NCBI GenBank assembly: GCA_002104945.1
Contig: MCFH01000016.1
Coordinates: forward strand, 682,001 to 746,000
Direction: 5' to 3'
DNA: 64,000 nt
DNA from: Piromyces finnis finn
Lineage: Eukaryota; Fungi; Neocallimastigomycota
The notes beneath the pieces were generated by a model that saw only the letters and a program-made list of their open reading frames with translations, had not been told where the DNA came from and did no database searches. Numbering within the stretch: position 1 is the first letter of the stretch; the number at the start of each line of letters is the position of its first letter. Shown one piece after another: positions 29,501 through 43,174 of this stretch. The translations under genes and the position numbers were made by a program.

Positions 29501-32500
29501 TAATTCTGAAGGTGCCAGAATCAAGCAACAATTTAATAAAGCATTTGAGCAAATTACTAAAACTGCTTCAATTATTGATAAAGAAATGAAAGAATTAAAT
29601 ATGAATGAAAACCAAACAATGATTTCAAAAAGAAATGAAGTTTCTAGTATTGCTACTATATATTCTACACATTCTTCCATATTACAACATTTAGAACAAT
29701 TAATTAAATATACTTTCCCACAAACTAAAAAGATTCTCAATAACTATGTTCATTGGAATAAAGAATGGGATGAAGTATTAAATTGTGTTAACGAAGATTT
29801 AATATTAAAAAACGATCCAAATAATTTAAATAATGGTATAGGAGATATAAGTATGTCTGAAAGTATTTTTACTAATTCTTCAGGTATTATTTCTCTTCCA
29901 ACAAATAATAATAATATTAATGGCAGTGCTAATACTAGAAGTTTAAAACAAGAAGTAGATGAATGGATTCAAAAAATTGATGATATAAATGAAAAGATTA
30001 GTGAATTAATGTTTAAAAGAGAACAAGCAATGAAAATTAGACGAAATACTCTTCAATCTTTCTCAAGTAAATATAATTCACATAAGCAGAATGTTACCAA
30101 GAATCGTTATACTTTACTTTATAACATTACTAAAGAACAAGTTAAGAAATCAATTTTTAAAGGCATCTATGATGTTGATCTTGAAGAATTAAATGATAAT
30201 AATAATAAATCAGGCGAAATCAATGATAATATTGATTCTAAAGATGTTTTTAATTCATCAAAGGTATTTATTGAATTAGAATCAGAGTTATCAATCTATT
30301 CAAAAAAATTAAATTCAGAATACCCTGCAAAATTAAATAATTTATATCAAAGAATAGAAAGTTTATTAACTTTCCTTGACGCTGAATTTAAAAATAGAAC
30401 TCAATTAAATACACGTAGAATTTTTCCAAATCTCCCATTAGGTGGTGTTACTCGATTAACTAAACTTCCTACACTTACTTCAATTCCTCCTCCAAATTTA
30501 CAATTTAGTTATTTCCCACAATTCATGATTAAAAATGCTGATGAAGTAATTTCCCAAGGGAAAAATGAAGTATTACATCCATTAGTTAATGATGGTATTG
30601 AGCGTGCTGCAAATTTAGGTACTATTGTTCTTGATCTTCTTCAAAATATCAGTAATAGAAGAAAAGAAAGTGATAAACTTCAAGATATTTTAATAAAAGA
30701 AGAACAAAAAGAAGCTGAAAATTTACGTTATATTCAAAATAAAATTATGGATTATTATAGAATGATAAAACGTTTAGAAATCTGGATTGATAATACTAAA
30801 CAAGATCTTAGTATATTTAAAGAACAAATTCCAGATATTAGTGCAAGGTTGAAGGATGAATCGCTAACAAATGATATTGAGTACATCGAAACAGATAGAA
30901 CTGCCTTAGAAAACACAAAAAAATGGTGTACAAATATTACTAATACAATAGAAGATATGTTAAAGGACAATTATTTAGGTAAAGTAGTAGAATTATTTTA
31001 AATAATTTTAATATATAAAAATAATAATGATAGGTATATAAATAAATAAATTTTAAAAACTGAAATATAAACTAATTTATTTAAATATTATATAAACAAA
31101 ACTGTAGAAATTCCACATAACCCTGCAAATAGTAGCAATAATTCTAATTTAAGTAAAAGAAATTTTGATAGATTATGGAATGAAATAAAAATTGATATAA
31201 ATTCTTATGAAAGTTCTGAAGTTGACGATAGTAATGATGAATCAAGTAGCTCAGTTTCTGTAATAGATGAAACCCTGGAAAAATATGTACCAAAGCATTC
31301 TATTCATGAAATTTTATTCAACAATTTAAAGGATTTTAACCTATCTTTCCATAAATTTATAAACAATACCATTTCTCCAACACAACATACTTTAAATAAT
31401 TTAATTAATAAAAAGATAGATACTTTAAAAGAGAATTGGTTAAAAGAAAGTGCTAATATACAAGAATTCCTAGAAAATAGTAAAAAGAATAAATTTAACA
31501 ATGAATCTTTTGAAGAAATTGAAGAAAAAATTAAGAAGCAGTTAATAAATATCTTTGAAAATTATAGAATTAAACTGAAAGATATAAATAATAATGACTC
31601 TGATAAAATTACCGGATTATACAAATATAATATTAATGAAGTAAAAAAAATGCAAGAAGAATTTAATCAACAATTGAATAGTCTTCATCAGAACTTATCA
31701 CAAATCATAAGTATGCGTACTGAAAATCAAGTACCAACATTTAATCAACAATTACTTAATTTTGAAAAAGAAGAATGGAATAATTATATAGATATTTGTG
31801 GTAGTCTTAAAAAGTTCTTAAATTTAATTCCACAACAGCAAATTGACATAAATATTAAAGATATTAATGATAGAGTTAATAAATTAACCTTATTAAAAAA
31901 CGAAGTTATGGAAATGAATACATCATTTATTCAAAAACAAACTACTGAAACACCAATTGTTATGAAAAGATTAATATCATATAATAATCAAGCTAATATT
32001 TTATTGGAATTTAGTAAGGATTATAATGATAAAATAGATATCATATTTCATCTTATTGAAAATTTAACTAGTGAAAATAATATTAATAGCGAATTAGAAA
32101 AAATTTATACTACAATTTATGCAGCTATTAAAAAGATGATTAGTGATAATTCTGAGTTAGAACTAAATGAAATTGAAAATATATCACTAATGAGACCAGC
32201 ACTTTTTAATATTCAACAACAACTTAAAGAAGTCATATATGCAAACATTCATAAATTAGATGGTAGCTCAATAAATAAAAGAAATTCAATAAAAAGAATG
32301 AGTCAAGTATATAACCTTTCATCTATTACTAGTACTGATTTAGAAGATATAGAAAATAATGAAATATGTAAAGAAATTAATACTTTCACAAAAGAATATG
32401 TAAAATTCAATCAAGATTTAATTAGTTTTAACAGTTCCAATTGCCATTTACAATACCTAAATATTCAACAATTATTGACTGAAACCACAGAATGGTATAA

Positions 32501-35500
32501 TATTTATCATCTTTTATTTGAATGGATTGCTGCTGCTGATAGACTTCGTGTGGACAATGAAGAAAGAATAAAGAAGTACTCTTCTGGTGGAACATATGAA
32601 GTTCCATACGGCTTTGAGCCAAAATTAGATAAAAAAAGAATTGAAGAAATTGAACAGGAACAAAGTCGTTTAGAAAATCGTCATAAGGAATTCAAGAATG
32701 GTTCTCGATACAGAAGAGTAATTAATTCTAAAAAGAATATTTTAGACTCCATGAATAAAATAAGCACTTCTGAAAATGTTTTATCCAAAAATAAACGTCT
32801 TTTAGATGCCATTATGAATATAAATGAAAGACATACTTCATTAATGTTTACTAAAGAAAATCGTAAAGCTTATGAAACTGAAAATTACACTCTTCTCCCA
32901 GAAATCATTAAAAAGTTTGTTGAATATAGGTTACAAAAATTCAGTAGAGTTGAACATAAATTAATGGAAATTATTCAGATTCGCAGTACTGATATTATTA
33001 TTTGCAAAAAAATATTTAATGAGGTTAATCTCCCAAATAAAACATTATTAAAGGATATAACAGAAATGAATGATGATCTTGATAACGTTCTTTTACTCCA
33101 AAAACAAAATATGGATAAAATGGATAATTATGAAAACATAATGAAAGGTATTAATAACAAAGCTACAACAATTGTTAATCATACTTTAGAAATATTACAA
33201 TGTCTCAAAAATATTTCTGAAAATATTATTGAAAAGGAATATAATCTATTAAATAATGAATTAGTAAAACTTTCTTCTTCAGAAAATTCTGATGGTAAAG
33301 AAATTAGCGTTGATAATAATTACAATGAAGCTTATCTTAATGAATATAAAGAAAATAAAGTGAAAAAAATTAAAAAGGCTTTTAGTGACATTTCTTCCAC
33401 TATTATGGAAAAAAATAAAGAATTAAATGAACACTATGAAAATGTTTTGGAAGAATTAACTAGAAATCTTGTTAATAGCTGGGAAGAAAAGAATGATATT
33501 ATTAATCTAGAGCATTGGATTATTAATATTAAGGGAGATTTAAATAAATATATTGAACTCTATGAAAATATCCCAAGTGATTCATTAATAGAAATACCAA
33601 AAGAGCATCTTACAAACTATATTAAAGAAATCATTGATTCATTTGAAAAATATAAAAATGAATTAAATATTCATAAACCATTAATTGAAAATGCAAAACA
33701 AAATTCAGATAAAACAGTAAAATCTTTAAGATCTTTAATTTCATCAAGTTCAAATTCAGTTATTTCACAAGTATCTAATACTATATGTGAAAATTCACCA
33801 ATACCAATGATGGTATCTCCATTTGAAAGCCTCTTAAAGTCTAATAATGAAATTGTAAAAAGAAGAAGTATGGATACTATCACTCTTTCAATTAGTAGCA
33901 CAAAACGTTCAAATATAAATATTTACAATAAGCCAGAAGAAGTCCAAACACGTTTCAAGAATATTAGTAGTTTCTTTGAAAAGATAACAGATATCATTAA
34001 TCAAGAACTTTCATATGCCTATCAATCTAGAGATATTTTAATTAAATATAATAATGCTGAAACACACATATTTAGTCTTAGTCAAAGAATCCAAAAATTC
34101 GTTGAAGTTTCATCAAATGAAAACAAATCAGCAATTATAGAAAAGGATAAATCTAATGATGGAATTATTAGCCAGTTTGAAAATGAACTTCACGAAGTTG
34201 AAAAAACTCAAATTAATAAAAACTTAAGTGAAATTATTGACAATCTTATTGGTAGTCAATCGGAAAAGAGTACTATTATGGAAGAAATCATTGTATCTTC
34301 TTTAAATAGAGATATCAATGAATTAAAGAATCTTGCAAAAGATTTACAAGAACAAATTGTTAGTTTGAAGCGTTCAAAGATTCTTTTTGAAGGTTACATT
34401 AAGCAGAGTCATGAAGTTAGAAATTGGATTATTGAACACCATGATATTTTAGAGAAATTCAATAAAAGCATTGAAGATCAAACAAATCGATGTGAAGATA
34501 TTAAACAAAAATTCTTATCCGAAAACATTGAAGATATTCCAGAAGAAGAAATTAGAATTGCATATCAAACAGAAGAAGCTATTATCAATGATATTATCGA
34601 AAATTTAAATAATGAAGAAATTGCAATTAAACGCTATGATATTACATATGAGCATCTTAAAACTTACTCTAATAAAATTTTATCGGACAATAAAATATCA
34701 AAAGGTGTTCTTTCTGATAATAGTTTAAAAATAATAAAAGAATATCAAGAAAAAGTAACATATCTCTGGAATGATTTAAATAAAAAGTTGGAGGTATTAA
34801 AGAACCGTATTGAAATTAGAATTAAGATATTACTATGGATTAAAAAGATGGAAGAATCTGAAACCTTTATGTGGAGTTTGGAAGAAAATATTGAAAAGAC
34901 TGAAGAATTAAATATAGAAGTTGATACTGAAGATAATCCTGCTATTCAATTTGGTAAAGCTGTTGATGATGTTATTCGTAACTGGGAATATGAAGTAAGC
35001 TTCAGAGAGGAAACACATGAAAACCTTAAAAATGAATTGAATGAAATTGAGATACGAGCAGAATCTATTTTATGTGAAAATGAAATAGATGTCTTTAATA
35101 AAAATTGGTATTTAATTAATATCAGTGAATCATTAGCTTCACTTCAAGAATTGTTTGAATATAAGAAACAACGCTTATTTGAAACTTCTCAGCAATTAGA
35201 ACAATGGATTATTCAATTAAATGGATTAGAAGAATGGATTACAGTTACAAATTCAACATTAAAAAGCAATTTAGAATCAGATGACTTTGGTATAATTGGT
35301 GATAATGATGCTTCTAATCAAACTAATATTAAAACTTGGTCTCATAATCAAATTTCTCTTTCTCTTCAATTTTCAAATGAAATTTCCAATAAATTTAAGA
35401 CATTAAATACTATTAGAGATGAATTAATTCGAAGTTTCAATGAAGTTGTTCCACAAATCACTAGGGAATCATTTATTAATTGGATTAATGGATGCCATGA

Positions 35501-38198
35501 TAAATTAAATAATTTAAATGAAGAAATAGAACAAATGAAATTAATTACTGACAAACTCTTAGAACGTGCGACTCAATATCAACAATGGAAAAGTAAATTA
35601 TTGAGCATTACTTCAGATGTTGATGATATTTCAGAGATGGTAAACTATGAAGAAATAGATGATAATATGTATATCGCTCTATATGATAGATTAAATAACT
35701 TAGAAAAATTATTAAAGAAAGTTGTTAGTGAACAATCTATACAAGTTGATGTTTCTAATCATAAAACTGAAATTATAAATTCAAGAAATGTTAATAAGCA
35801 TGCAGAAGAACTTCAAAGAAAAATTGATGAAAATCGCAAAGCTATTCAAGATTCACAAGAAAATATAATGAAAATTAAGGTTGTTAACACTATTAATCAA
35901 GAATTAGAAAGAATTGATTTATGGTGTACTTCAACTATGCGTGATTTACCAAAGGCTTCTCTCTTAATGGAATCCATGAATAGTTCTAAGAGTTCTTCTA
36001 TTAAAGATATTGACACTTTACCAGCAATTAATATTGAAGCATTTACAAAACACAGTGATAATGATATAATAGCAGATACTACCACAGAAGGATTAAGTAC
36101 AACAGAAACTGCATTAAAGGATGCAATAAAACTTCATAATTTTGTTAATATGGAATTACAACAAAACAAAAAAGATATGAATAACATTTGTAAAACCTAT
36201 GATGATACCTTCAAAAATATTCCATCTCTTGATAATCAATATCAAGTATTAGAAAAAAGATTAGAAGCTGTAGATGAAACATTAGTTTCTGGTTTGAATC
36301 GTATAGACGTTATTAAGAGAGTTTACTCTCATGATAAAGCCTCTTTTGAAATCTTTGCTTGGATTGAAACCGCAAACAAAAAATTACAAGCTATGATGAC
36401 TAACGATGAAGATAAGATTGAATCTATTCATGAATTAGAAGGTCGAGTGGAAATATTTAGTTCTTCAATTAAGGATTACATTGATATGACTGAGAAAGTT
36501 CAAAATATTATTCAAAATTCATCTATAAGTAAAAAGGAAATTAATAATTATTCAAGAATTATTAATGAACGTTCTAATGCTATTCTTTCTGAATGGGATA
36601 TTATAAATGAATTATTAATATCCATAAAAAATGATAAATCTCAAAAAGAAAGAGAAATGAAATATAACATTGTTCTTAATGAAATTAATCAATTAATTAA
36701 TGGTATTAAGGAGCGTATCTTTAATGTTGGCCAATTAAACAATATTAACATTAAAAATGAAGATCAACTTAATATTGTTTTTGGTCGTTTAGAAGGTGAG
36801 TTAATTGCGGGTGTTTATCCAAAATTATCTCTTTTTGAAAAGAAATTAGATGAATTAGATAATCATGACTCTAATGAATATATTGTTTTCAAAAAGAAGT
36901 TAAGTAATTTACATTCTCAAGCTGATATCTTAATAGAGATAATTAATGAAAGAAAGGTTAAATTAAGAATTCTAAAATATGTTCAAAATCATAATAACAT
37001 AACTGACAAAATTGAACAACAAATTAATGAATTTAATAAAGTTATTGATGGTCAAAATAGTAATATGTCTAAAAGTGATATTGAAACGGCATTGGCCGTT
37101 CTTGATAGTAAAGCTATGTACTTTAACGCTAGTATCTATAAGATGTTAGAAGAAGCTAAAGAACAAATTGAAAATATCAAGGATACAGAAGAAGACCTTA
37201 ATAAAGATAACAATATTAATAACTCTGAAAATAAACCAAAGGATGATTGGAAGGTATTGGAAAGACAACATCAAATTGAAAAGAAATGGGAAAATGTTAA
37301 ATCCAAAGTTAAAAGAAGAAAAGATCTTCTTAGTGCCAAACTCATTGCTAAAACAGAAAGTCCATCTATGTCTGGTATTCCAAGAAGTAATAATCGTAAC
37401 CGTACAAATAGTACCAGTAGTAATGGCAGTTATCGTCTATCTGTATTGAGAGGTTCCTCGACCACACCATCTAATAGTCGTTCTAATACACCATCACGTA
37501 CTAGAACGCGTTCTACAACTCCTGCTAGTAGTGTCAAAAAAAGAAATAGAAAACCAAGTCTTTTTAGTACTTCACCATCACCCACAATTTCTCCAACACC
37601 TCCACCTGCACCAACTAATCTTCCTTCTGGACCTATTCGTGTCTTTATACCAGTTAATGATTATATTCCAGATCCAAAAGACAAATTGGATGTTGAAGTC
37701 GCACATATTGTCAATAAATGCCCGAGATCAATTAAGGTTACTAAAGCCGAAGGTGAAGGTAAATATTGGTTTGGTGAAATTATTCCAAAACTTTGTTATT
37801 GTCGTTATTTAAGATCTGGTATTATTATGGTTCGTGTTGGTGGTGGTTGGCAAGGTAAGATAAATAAAAATTATAAATAATATAATATTTATAATAGTTT
37901 ATTTTTAGATAAAATGGAAATTCATTAATATTTAAATAATTAATATTAATACTAAATTATTTTTTTTTTTTTTTTATTTTAATCTTTTCCAGAGTTAAGT
38001 AAATTTTTATTAGACCATAGTAATCTAGAACATAGAATTCCATTAGTAAGATCATTTGCCCCAGAAGATGCTTCAATTGCCGAAGATGAAAGCCAAGGAC
38101 AAGTTATAGAATTTGATCGTAATGAGGCAGCTAATACATCATACAGTGTACTACAAAAACTTGCTAAGTCAAAAAATAGCTCAAAAAATAATTCATAA
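26593..38198 (+). CDS. Giant spectraplakin-like cytoskeletal crosslinker (CH1-CH2 actin-binding domain, degenerate spectrin-repeat rod, SxIP motif, GAR/GAS2 domain), ~3,545 aa
   Basis: Five exons splice in frame: 26593-27264, 27790-28684, 28861-30978, 31108-37854, 37993-38198 (10,638 nt, 3,546 codons including stop). CH1, CH2 and GAR motifs are clear. The rod has recurring helix-A (L..WI) and helix-C (W..L....R) Trp signatures. The exon 1 to exon 2 junction is the least certain. Confidence 0.85.
26731..27117 (+). other. CH1 (actinin-type actin-binding calponin-homology) domain
   Basis: QKRTFTRWCNAQL ... DLGTDLQDGIRLLKLLEILSG ... HKILNVGKALTFL ... NIGSEDIVDGNLKLTMALIWILISKY. Confidence 0.92.
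28130..28560 (+). other. CH2 calponin-homology domain
   Basis: LLLNWCQ ... IKDFSKSWQNGVAFLSLIHSIR ... NLERAFNLAEKYFKIIPLIEPNDIV..PDERIIMTYISEFY. Confidence 0.92.
37650..38020 (+). other. GAR/GAS2 microtubule-binding domain (split by intron 37855-37992)
   Basis: DKLDVEVAHIVNKCPRSIKVTKAEGEGKYWFGEIIPKLCYCRYLRSGIIMVRVGGGWQ|ELSKFLLDH; MVRVGGGW is the GAR hallmark. Confidence 0.92.
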
Positions 38199-39211
38199 TT
38201 AGGATATATATATAAATTTTATATATAATATACTTTTAAAAAAAAAAAAGAAAAAAAGAAATAACTAAAAAACTATTTTTGACATTATAATAATATATAT
38301 ATAATAATTAAATAAAATTATTTATATATAAATTAATTTTAATTACAATTTTAATAACAACATCTATATAAATCTTTAAAATTAAAAAAAAAAAAAAAAA
38401 AAAATCTTTTTAAATTGACTTTTATATCTCAAAAATTTTAATTATATAAATCATTTAATAATATTCTTTAAATTAATAAACAATTATCAAAAGCAAATAT
38501 TATAATGAAAATAAAAATTAATAAAAGAAATTTAAAAAAAAAAATAATAATAATAATAATAAATAATTTATTGTGAAGACTTTTTATAATTTTATTTTTA
38601 TTTTTTAATTTTTTATTTTATTTTATTTTATTTTTCTATTAGTATTTTATAATAAAAATAAAAAGGATGAGAGAAGTAGTGATTTAAAAATTATAATATA
38701 TATTAGAAAAATTAAAAGCTTTTTTTTTTTTTTTTTTTTTACTATAAAATAAATTATTTTAATATATATCTATATTATATATGAAAAGATCAATGATTAA
38801 TGATATTAAAATAAAATAAAAACTATTAAATAATTGTTGTTTTATTTTGTTTTTAGTTTGTAATGTTTCTCTCTTATTTTATATATAAATATATATGAAA
38901 TTATATAAAAAAAAAAAAAATGTGTTTTGGTTTTTAAAATCCTTTTATCTTTGTTATTTTACTTCTATTTTGAATAGTTAATCTTTATATCTAATTATTG
39001 TTGATAATTATGTTTTTTTTTTTAAAAAAAAAAAAGATTTTTATATGTGAAATTTTTCTCATTCTTTTTTAAAAAAGATATTTGTATTAAATTTTGAAGT
39101 TATTCTCTAGCACTTAATTTGTATTTTTTTTTTTCTTTTAACTATACATACATACTTTTTTTTTTCTTAATAAAAATAGAATATGAGAAAAATAAAAACA
39201 TAAAAATCAAT

Positions 39212-40566
39212 CTATAAAATTGATTCCATTCTAGTGTATACACTATATACACCAGCCATTACTTCTGTAGTACCCATGGCCTTTGCCTTATCAGTCCATA
39301 ATGCATTTTCTTGTAATAATTCATCAACCTTTTGATAAGCAGCATCTTTTTGATTTTGATTTAAACCAATTAAAGCATTATCTAAAACATCAGCAGCATA
39401 AGCTGAACAAAGCATAGCAATAGTACGTTTATCTGGTTTTGATACACGTCCTAATAAAACATTAATAACTCTTTGGATTAATCTTTCTTTTACAGAAAAA
39501 TCAGCAACTGGGTGAGTAGCCATATCGAATAAAACAAAATTCTTCTTCTCTGTTCTAAGAACACCCTTATCTACTAAACCCTTTGCTATACGTTCACGTA
39601 CTTGCTTTAATTGATAACCAATTTTCATTAAATTCCATGTTTCACCTTTCATTTTTTTTATCATTTATTTTATTAATAATATCAAATGTATTTGTTATTC
39701 ATGTATAAAAATTGTTAATAAATTATATATATTTAATAATATATTCAATTAATATTCAAGTATTTTTTAATTCCCATTTTTTAAAAAAAAAGTCATTTTA
39801 AAAAATCAACTTTATTTTAATATTATAAAAAATTTTAATTATATAAACTTATACATCCAACAAAAGTATTATTACATACCACATAATAAATCTATCCAAG
39901 TTAATACACTTTGCTGTTCCATTTTCATATACTTGAGAGCTTCGTCAAGTAATACTTCACCAGTAGGGACATCATTTACAACTTCTATTATTCTATCTTG
40001 TAATGGTCTTTTCTTTACTTCTTTCATAATAGCAATTCTTCCACGTAAAGATAATTCAATTAATATGCAACCTCTTAACGCATATGATATATTTTCATTC
40101 CAAAAAGATAAATAACCCTTCAATAGTTGTTGTTTAATAGTATTGAATTATATTTTTTATATAATTTGATAATGTATATATGTTTGATGTTATTTTAATT
40201 AATAAATATGTCATTATATGAATGTGTGTTTATTTTTAAAAAATCCAAAAAAAAAAAAAAAAAAAAAAAGAAAAGAAATGAAAAAACATAATCAAATTTA
40301 ATACATTGTAATATAATATGTATATTGATAAAATATATTGATACATAATAATTGAAAATTAAAATTTATTAATTTACTTGTGAATCTTTAAGACCTAATA
40401 ATAAAACTTCTTCTAAGATTGTTAATTTGTTCTTTCCATAATTATCTCTTTCGTCATCAGATTTACTAAAAGAATCATTGCTACTTTTTTTTGATAAATG
40501 ACCTTCTAATGAACTACTAGATCCTCCACCTCTTCTTCTTTTTACTAAACCCTCTGCTGAAGCCAT
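39212..40566 (-). CDS. VPS74: Golgi PI4P effector VPS74/GOLPH3 (3 exons)
   Basis: N-terminal LVKRRRG; LTILEEVLLLGLKDSQ|GYLSFWNENISYALRGCILIELSLRGRI; TGEVLLDEALK; WIDLLC|GETWNLMKIGYQLKQVRERIAKGLVDKGVLRTEKKNFVLFDMATHP. Confidence 0.96.
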
Positions 40567-42653
40567 TTTATATAAACTATTGATGAAAAATTATAAGAAT
40601 TACAATTTAAATAAATTATTATTTATATTATCAAATTTACAACAATAAAAATTTTGTTAAAATATGTTAGTAAAATTTAAAATATTTAAAGAAATTGATA
40701 AAATGAATATTAATATTTGTATGATTAATTTTATTACTGTTATTTAATATATTTAACATTATGAAATATGAAAAAATAATAAATAATATTTTTAATTATA
40801 AATAATACGATAATAATGAAAGTTATTATTAAATTTAATACAATTATAATACATATTAGTACTTATTTGAATTATTTAATTTTATTAATTTTAAAAATTT
40901 CTTTTGAAATTTATAATTATTATTTATATAACAATACTTTTAAATTTGTCATTTATTCTGAATATTTGATATTTATTTAATTATATTTAATTCCAAACTT
41001 TCAACTGGTTTTGAATTATATTAATAATTCTTTAGATTCTGAAATCACTTTTATTTGTTTACACATATTACTCTTTCATTTATTTTCAATTTTCTACTAA
41101 TAAAGTAATAATTGATTATAATAAAATATATAACAATCAAATTATAATAAAGTTCATAGTAAACTTTATATTATAATAGATTTAAGTACGCCTTATTTTT
41201 TATTGTTGTTAAAATACCTTTTACTAATTTCTTTCTTTTATTTTTTATACTTTATAATTTTAATATTATTCGAAAAAAAAAATGGAATAAAGAACAATAA
41301 ATAATAAATAATTTATTTTTAACAATCATAAAAATTAAAATAAATATGGATTTTTGATATATATTACAATATAATTTAATATATTACAATTCTTGAATAT
41401 TTCATAAGAAATTACTTAATATACTTAAATACATTCTAATATATTATTGATTAAATAACCAAGAAAAAAAATAACAGAAAAATCATTTTGAAAATCTGAA
41501 AGGAGGAAGGTATATTAAAAAAAATTGAATTTTATTTCAAGAATGTATTATTAAAAATTTATTTATAATAAGAAAACAATAAAAAAAAAAAAAAGAGAGA
41601 GAGAGAGAGAAGGAATGAAAATAGGAAGTTGAAGTTTTGTAAATAGAAAAAATTATAATAATTTGAAATTTTGAATTTTGTTTTTTTTAAAGTAAAAATT
41701 TTATCAATTTATGTTTTTATATAAATTAATTATAATTTATTTAAAGATATTATTTTATCTAACATTATTTCGTGTTTTTCTTTTAAATACATATAATACA
41801 TGTATATAAATGCAAATTATTGATGTTATTTTCATTTTAAAAATATGTTTTATTAGAATATTATTATGTAACTTTATAAACATTGCTAATTTTATTATTC
41901 TATAGCAAATATTATATGGGAAAACGTTCTATTTTCAAAAATAAAACTGTTTATTAATTGTATTTAGCTTATATATATTAATTTCCATCACAATACAATT
42001 TTAAATATTATTATTTTAAAAATATATTATTTAAATAAAAATAGTAATTGTAATCAGTATTACATAGGTTAAAAAAGTAACAATATAATAAATAACATAT
42101 ATAACTACATTTATTTCATTTAATATTTTCCATTACATCTTAACTTTAAATAAAAAAATCGTTTAGTAGGCTATCTATACAAGATAATTTCATCAATTAA
42201 ATTAGCATAGCATAACACAAAAAAAAAAAAAAAAATCTAATACAGTTATTATAGTTAAGTATATGTATATAGTGTATTATTAATAATTAAAATTCTAAAA
42301 AAAATATATTAAAAAAAAATTTTTTTTTTAATATATTAAAATGTATAATTCATTTTTTTTTTATAAGAAATATATTAATATTATCATCTTTTAAAACATA
42401 ATAATGACAAATTTAATCTTATTTTGAATAAAATTGAATGTGTATATATATTTGATTATTAAAAATAATAATAATTTAAGTACATATAACATAAATTATA
42501 TATTTTAATAAATTTTTAACATTTACTTACATTTCAATCTGATAACCAGTTATTTAATACAACGAATATATTTTTTTAGAAAAAAATAGTATATTAAATC
42601 ATTTTCATCAAGTTAACATAATACTATATTATATAATAAATAAATAAATAAAA

Positions 42654-43140
42654 ATGGAAGAATTCCCTTTAAATATATCAAAATATTGTATAGCAAAATT
42701 ATTATTTCAAGCTGGATTTGAAAAAGTTAATAAATCATCATGTGAAGTATTATGTGATATTTTATTTAATTATATACAACGATTAGGAAGTGATATAAAA
42801 TCAAAAGCCGAACATCAAGGAAGAACAAAAGTTAATATAGACGATATAACATTATATTTTGATGAAATAGGAATAAAACAACAGGATCTAAATGATTTTT
42901 GTAAAATATGGATTCATTCCAAAAATCCAAATTCTACAACACAAAATACAACTGGAGAAAAAATAGAAGAAAATACAACCGAAGAAGAAAAAGATAAGAG
43001 TAATTTAGTAAAATCATCAGATTTCCCTCGTCTATCGCCACCTGAATTCCCAATGAGTAAATATATATGTTTTTTATATATTTAATAATTTACAATCTAA
43101 TTAATTTGTTATTAATCAAATATCTCTTAATATAAATAAA

Positions 43141-43174
<34 letters not shown>

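Noticed and set aside
28299-36085. Antisense ORFs within the giant gene (28299, 28940, 29309, 30755, 31304, 33671, 35366, 35897)
   Set aside because: Reverse-strand shadows of AT-rich coding sequence with Ile/Leu/Phe/Ser-rich translations and no motifs.
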